Shown: positions 61,054 through 64,000 of the stretch, in pieces
Layout of the letters: every line of letters starts with the position of its first letter
Position numbering within the stretch: the first letter of the stretch is position 1
Assembly: GCA_051362555.1 (NCBI GenBank)
Contig: CM120640.1
Location: 8,246,001 to 8,310,000 of the forward strand
Direction of reading: 5' to 3'
From: Lingula anatina
Taxonomy: Eukaryota > Animalia > Brachiopoda
Length of the DNA stretch: 64,000 nucleotides
The notes under the pieces: model-generated
Databases searched by the model: none
What the model was told of the DNA's origin: nothing
The model's input: only the letters and a program-made list of their open reading frames with translations
Made by a program: the position numbers and the translations under genes

Positions 61054-61241
61054 GGACTAATTCCCATTGAAACTATCAGTCTGTTCTCCTGGCATTGAGT
61101 AGAATAAAGAAAATCTGGTGATTATAGAAGTATGTTAGAAACAAGAGGCGTGTGTATCTCTTAACCTGATTGCATTCAGCTAGAGTCCCCACAGAGTTAG
61201 ATAGATCTATGTAGACAGTCAGTTTCAATGGGAATGAGCCC
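61054..61241. mobile_element. PIF/Harbinger (Tourist-like) MITE
   Basis: TIRs ggactaattcccattgaaact / agtttcaatgggaatgagccc, flanked by TTA on both sides. Confidence 0.78.
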
Positions 61242-61471
61242 TTAGTTTTTCTTTAAAGCTTGTTGAACTATTTGGCATCTGATATTGCAAACTGATATCA
61301 GTTCGACCTATGTGATAATATCACAAATAGATAATAACAGAAGAGTAGCAAGTCAAGTACCTAACACCCTATGAAAAAATTGATCTGAATATTCAACAGA
61401 CATAAAAACACACTTTGCACCACTTACTGCAAACATTTAGTATTGCATAGATTTTCAAGTATCATAGTTAG

Positions 61472-63836
61472 CTACGTTTTTGTTTTAAATATCTTATTAA
61501 ATTTACTCTTTTCATCAAATAAGCTTCGTATAAGCAAAACTTGTGTTAATCCCACTACTGCCATGACCACCAACTGAAGTGGTGCATAAAAGTTGACTCT
61601 CTCAAAATTGTGTTCTTGTGTACTTCTGTCCCTCGCCTCCAGAACTCTGAAGATATTCTGGTATGAGATAATTTTGTCCATGTTGGCCTTGACAGAATCC
61701 ATCACACTCTAGTTAATGAAATAAAAATAACATTGATCAAAAAAGATATGTAAGAACAATTCTTTGAAATAAAGTTGTGTAATATTTCCCACTTGTTGGC
61801 AGGACATATCAAGATATAATATATCTTTTATATTCAGTTTTTATGTTACTGCAATGTAGAGAATTCCATATTGTGTAAGCTACATTCGATATCTGTATCA
61901 GCAACAATTTAAGTTGTATTTCAAGCCGAATTGATTGGACTTGGCATAACTTATTACTGCAGGCTCTCTCATTACAATTTAGACTGAACTGAAAAGCACA
62001 TACCTTAAAATCCTCTAGCTTGATATCTGCAAGTTCTGGGGACTCTTTTAAATTTTCCCATGCATTTTCTATTTCATTCACTTCATCATCATCATATACA
62101 ATTTCAAAAAATACCAGCTTTCTTGAGAAACGACTAAATGAGTTGTCAAAGCATATTTGATAGTCTCCAGTTTCTTCTGCAGTCACCCTAAAGAGATTAC
62201 CAAATATTAATTTAAATTCCTTTTACATACAAATTTTAAGTCACAGGGGCAGAATGTTACAACAAAATAGTGCCTAGTAAAACATGAACATATGTACATG
62301 TTGTCTTTACTATTGTGTCTATATTTAATTATGAGTAAAGTGGTTCAAATGTATTCTGTACATAACCAACCCTTTAAATATTAGGCCTATTACAATCATG
62401 ACCTGGCTAGCAAGGAGCAAAAAATAATAAATTCTTTAAAAATTAAAATAAAAAACAACTTACTTATGCACTGCATCACTTCTTCTACGATCTGTAATTA
62501 AAACTCTGCCTGATGGGGCTTCTATTGCGAAGTCAATGTCTATATCACCACCATCTATTACCTAAAATGGTTAAATAAGAAAAGAGTGGCTAATTGAACA
62601 AAATTAATTCCTTTAAAGAGGTCAATCAATATGGATCAATATGACTATAGCCAGAATGCCATGTTCAACTGCCTGTGCAGAGTTTTACCTTAACCATGGG
62701 CAGATACAAAGTTATTTTCTGACAGTCTTCCAAATTATCTTTGTTGATCCATTCTCCATTTTTTACTGTCTTCTGACAGAAAAATTAGATCAATGTAAAC
62801 TTGAAAATCTGACCATCTTCCAGAAGACCCACAAGATGCCCTAAATCCGCCCCTGTTATATATATAATCTTTTCCATGCAGATATGTTTCTTACAACAAA
62901 TTACACACTTCAATCAAAATGAATGGAGACAGTGTGACAAAGAGTACAACAACACATTCAAAATGACCTCTTTATCACCTCTTACTGCTAAGCAAGAGAC
63001 AGCGTGTCTTACAGAGAAAATAATGAAAAAGGAAAATATTCAACCTTCACTTCTATAAAAGATGTCATAAGAAAACATGTCACAAGTGAAAGACAGCTTA
63101 TATTTAGTACTTAACTGCCTTTGGAATTCAGCAACTGACTTCTTCCACTTAGTTTCAGTTTTTTCATTGAAAAAAAGGCTATTACCTACATACCATGTCA
63201 ATGAAAATTCATAAACTTGTTCTTTGATATATCCAATCAAAATGTATCCATTGTTATTATTCTGTATCAGAAACAAAGAAGGAAATCTAAGCATCATTGC
63301 AATAAGAAGTCAGGGCTGAAGAGCAGATTTTTAACAACTTGTCTCAATCAGTGGCATAAATAGACTTATCAGCAGCATACAAATCATCAAGTTGGGAGGA
63401 ATGCGGTACAAATTAGATGCCTTAACGTTATAAGAAGTAAATTAACCAGTTCACAAAGAGTCACAAAAATGTTTACATGTGGATAGCAAAAAAATTTAAA
63501 ACATGAAAACACTTTAACGGAGATGCTGGCACCTTTTTTTTCGACAAAGTATTGGCTGACATCTAAATAAATCATCAGTTGAACGAGATGTTATCGAACC
63601 AACACAGTACACTTTACAAGTTGACACACCATCACCAATGCACACTTCACCAGCCATGCAGAGTGTCATACCTGAAACTCAACTTCCAAAGTCCGTCCAT
63701 TTGCTATCTTTTGGAAGAAGCATTCCCTTTTGGCTGGCTCAATATCAATCGTGAAATCATGTTCATGGCAGTAACATGCTGTGACTAGTATCAAAACAGT
63801 AAAAAAAATAAATGACACTGAACTTTCCAGTCTCAT
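61472..63836 (-). CDS. TMED5: p24/emp24 GOLD-domain cargo receptor, gamma subfamily (TMED1/TMED5-like), 227 aa
   Basis: Exons 63836-63672, 62561-62464, 62187-62004, 61708-61472. Signal peptide, DFTIDIEPAKRECFFQ, VIDGGDIDIDF, GDYQICFDNSFSRFSRKLVFF, EARDR...NFERVNF, transmembrane helix, RSLF tail. Probably co-orthologous to vertebrate TMED1 and TMED5. Confidence 0.88.
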
Positions 63837-64000
63837 TTTCCTCCCGATTTCCAACTTCGTCTACTCTGTTCAACCGGAAACAGATGGTCGTATAGACCCG
63901 CATTGAAAGTTAGGGTTAGATTTTATAAGGCAAAATAAAAATATACACATACTTTAAATTGCCCCAATCAATATTTAATTGATATCCAGTGATATCCTTA

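Noticed and set aside
62243-62855. caggggcaga / tccgcccctg as MITE ends capturing TMED exon 2
   Set aside because: The match is short and imperfect with no TSD, and the exon is a normal conserved p24 exon.

Overview
AT-rich, intron-dense eukaryotic (animal) DNA. The Helentron-type repeats and the mosaic CpG depletion suggest an invertebrate such as a mollusc, but that is inference. Most ORF-track entries are exon fragments or spurious. I spliced five genes by hand. (1) The 3' part of PTCD3/mS39 (+, 848-8547). (2) A complete CFAP46/TTC40 of about 65 exons (-, 41059-9070). (3) PACRGL (+, 42071-44235), head-to-head with CFAP46. (4) A reeler-DOMON-cytochrome b561 FRRS1-like gene (+, 51587-58395). 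(5) A p24-gamma TMED1/TMED5-like gene (-, 63836-61472). Introns and spacers hold a decayed long-TIR Tc1/mariner element, several Helentron-derived HINEs and several MITEs. I found no convincing novel multi-gene system. The best leads are a U12-type minor intron, a duplicated and probably mutually exclusive exon pair, several cassette micro-exons and a separase/CHAT-like pseudo-protease tail (all in CFAP46), the shared CFAP46/PACRGL promoter, a 29-bp palindromic insertion with a target-site duplication, and sharp CpG domain boundaries.
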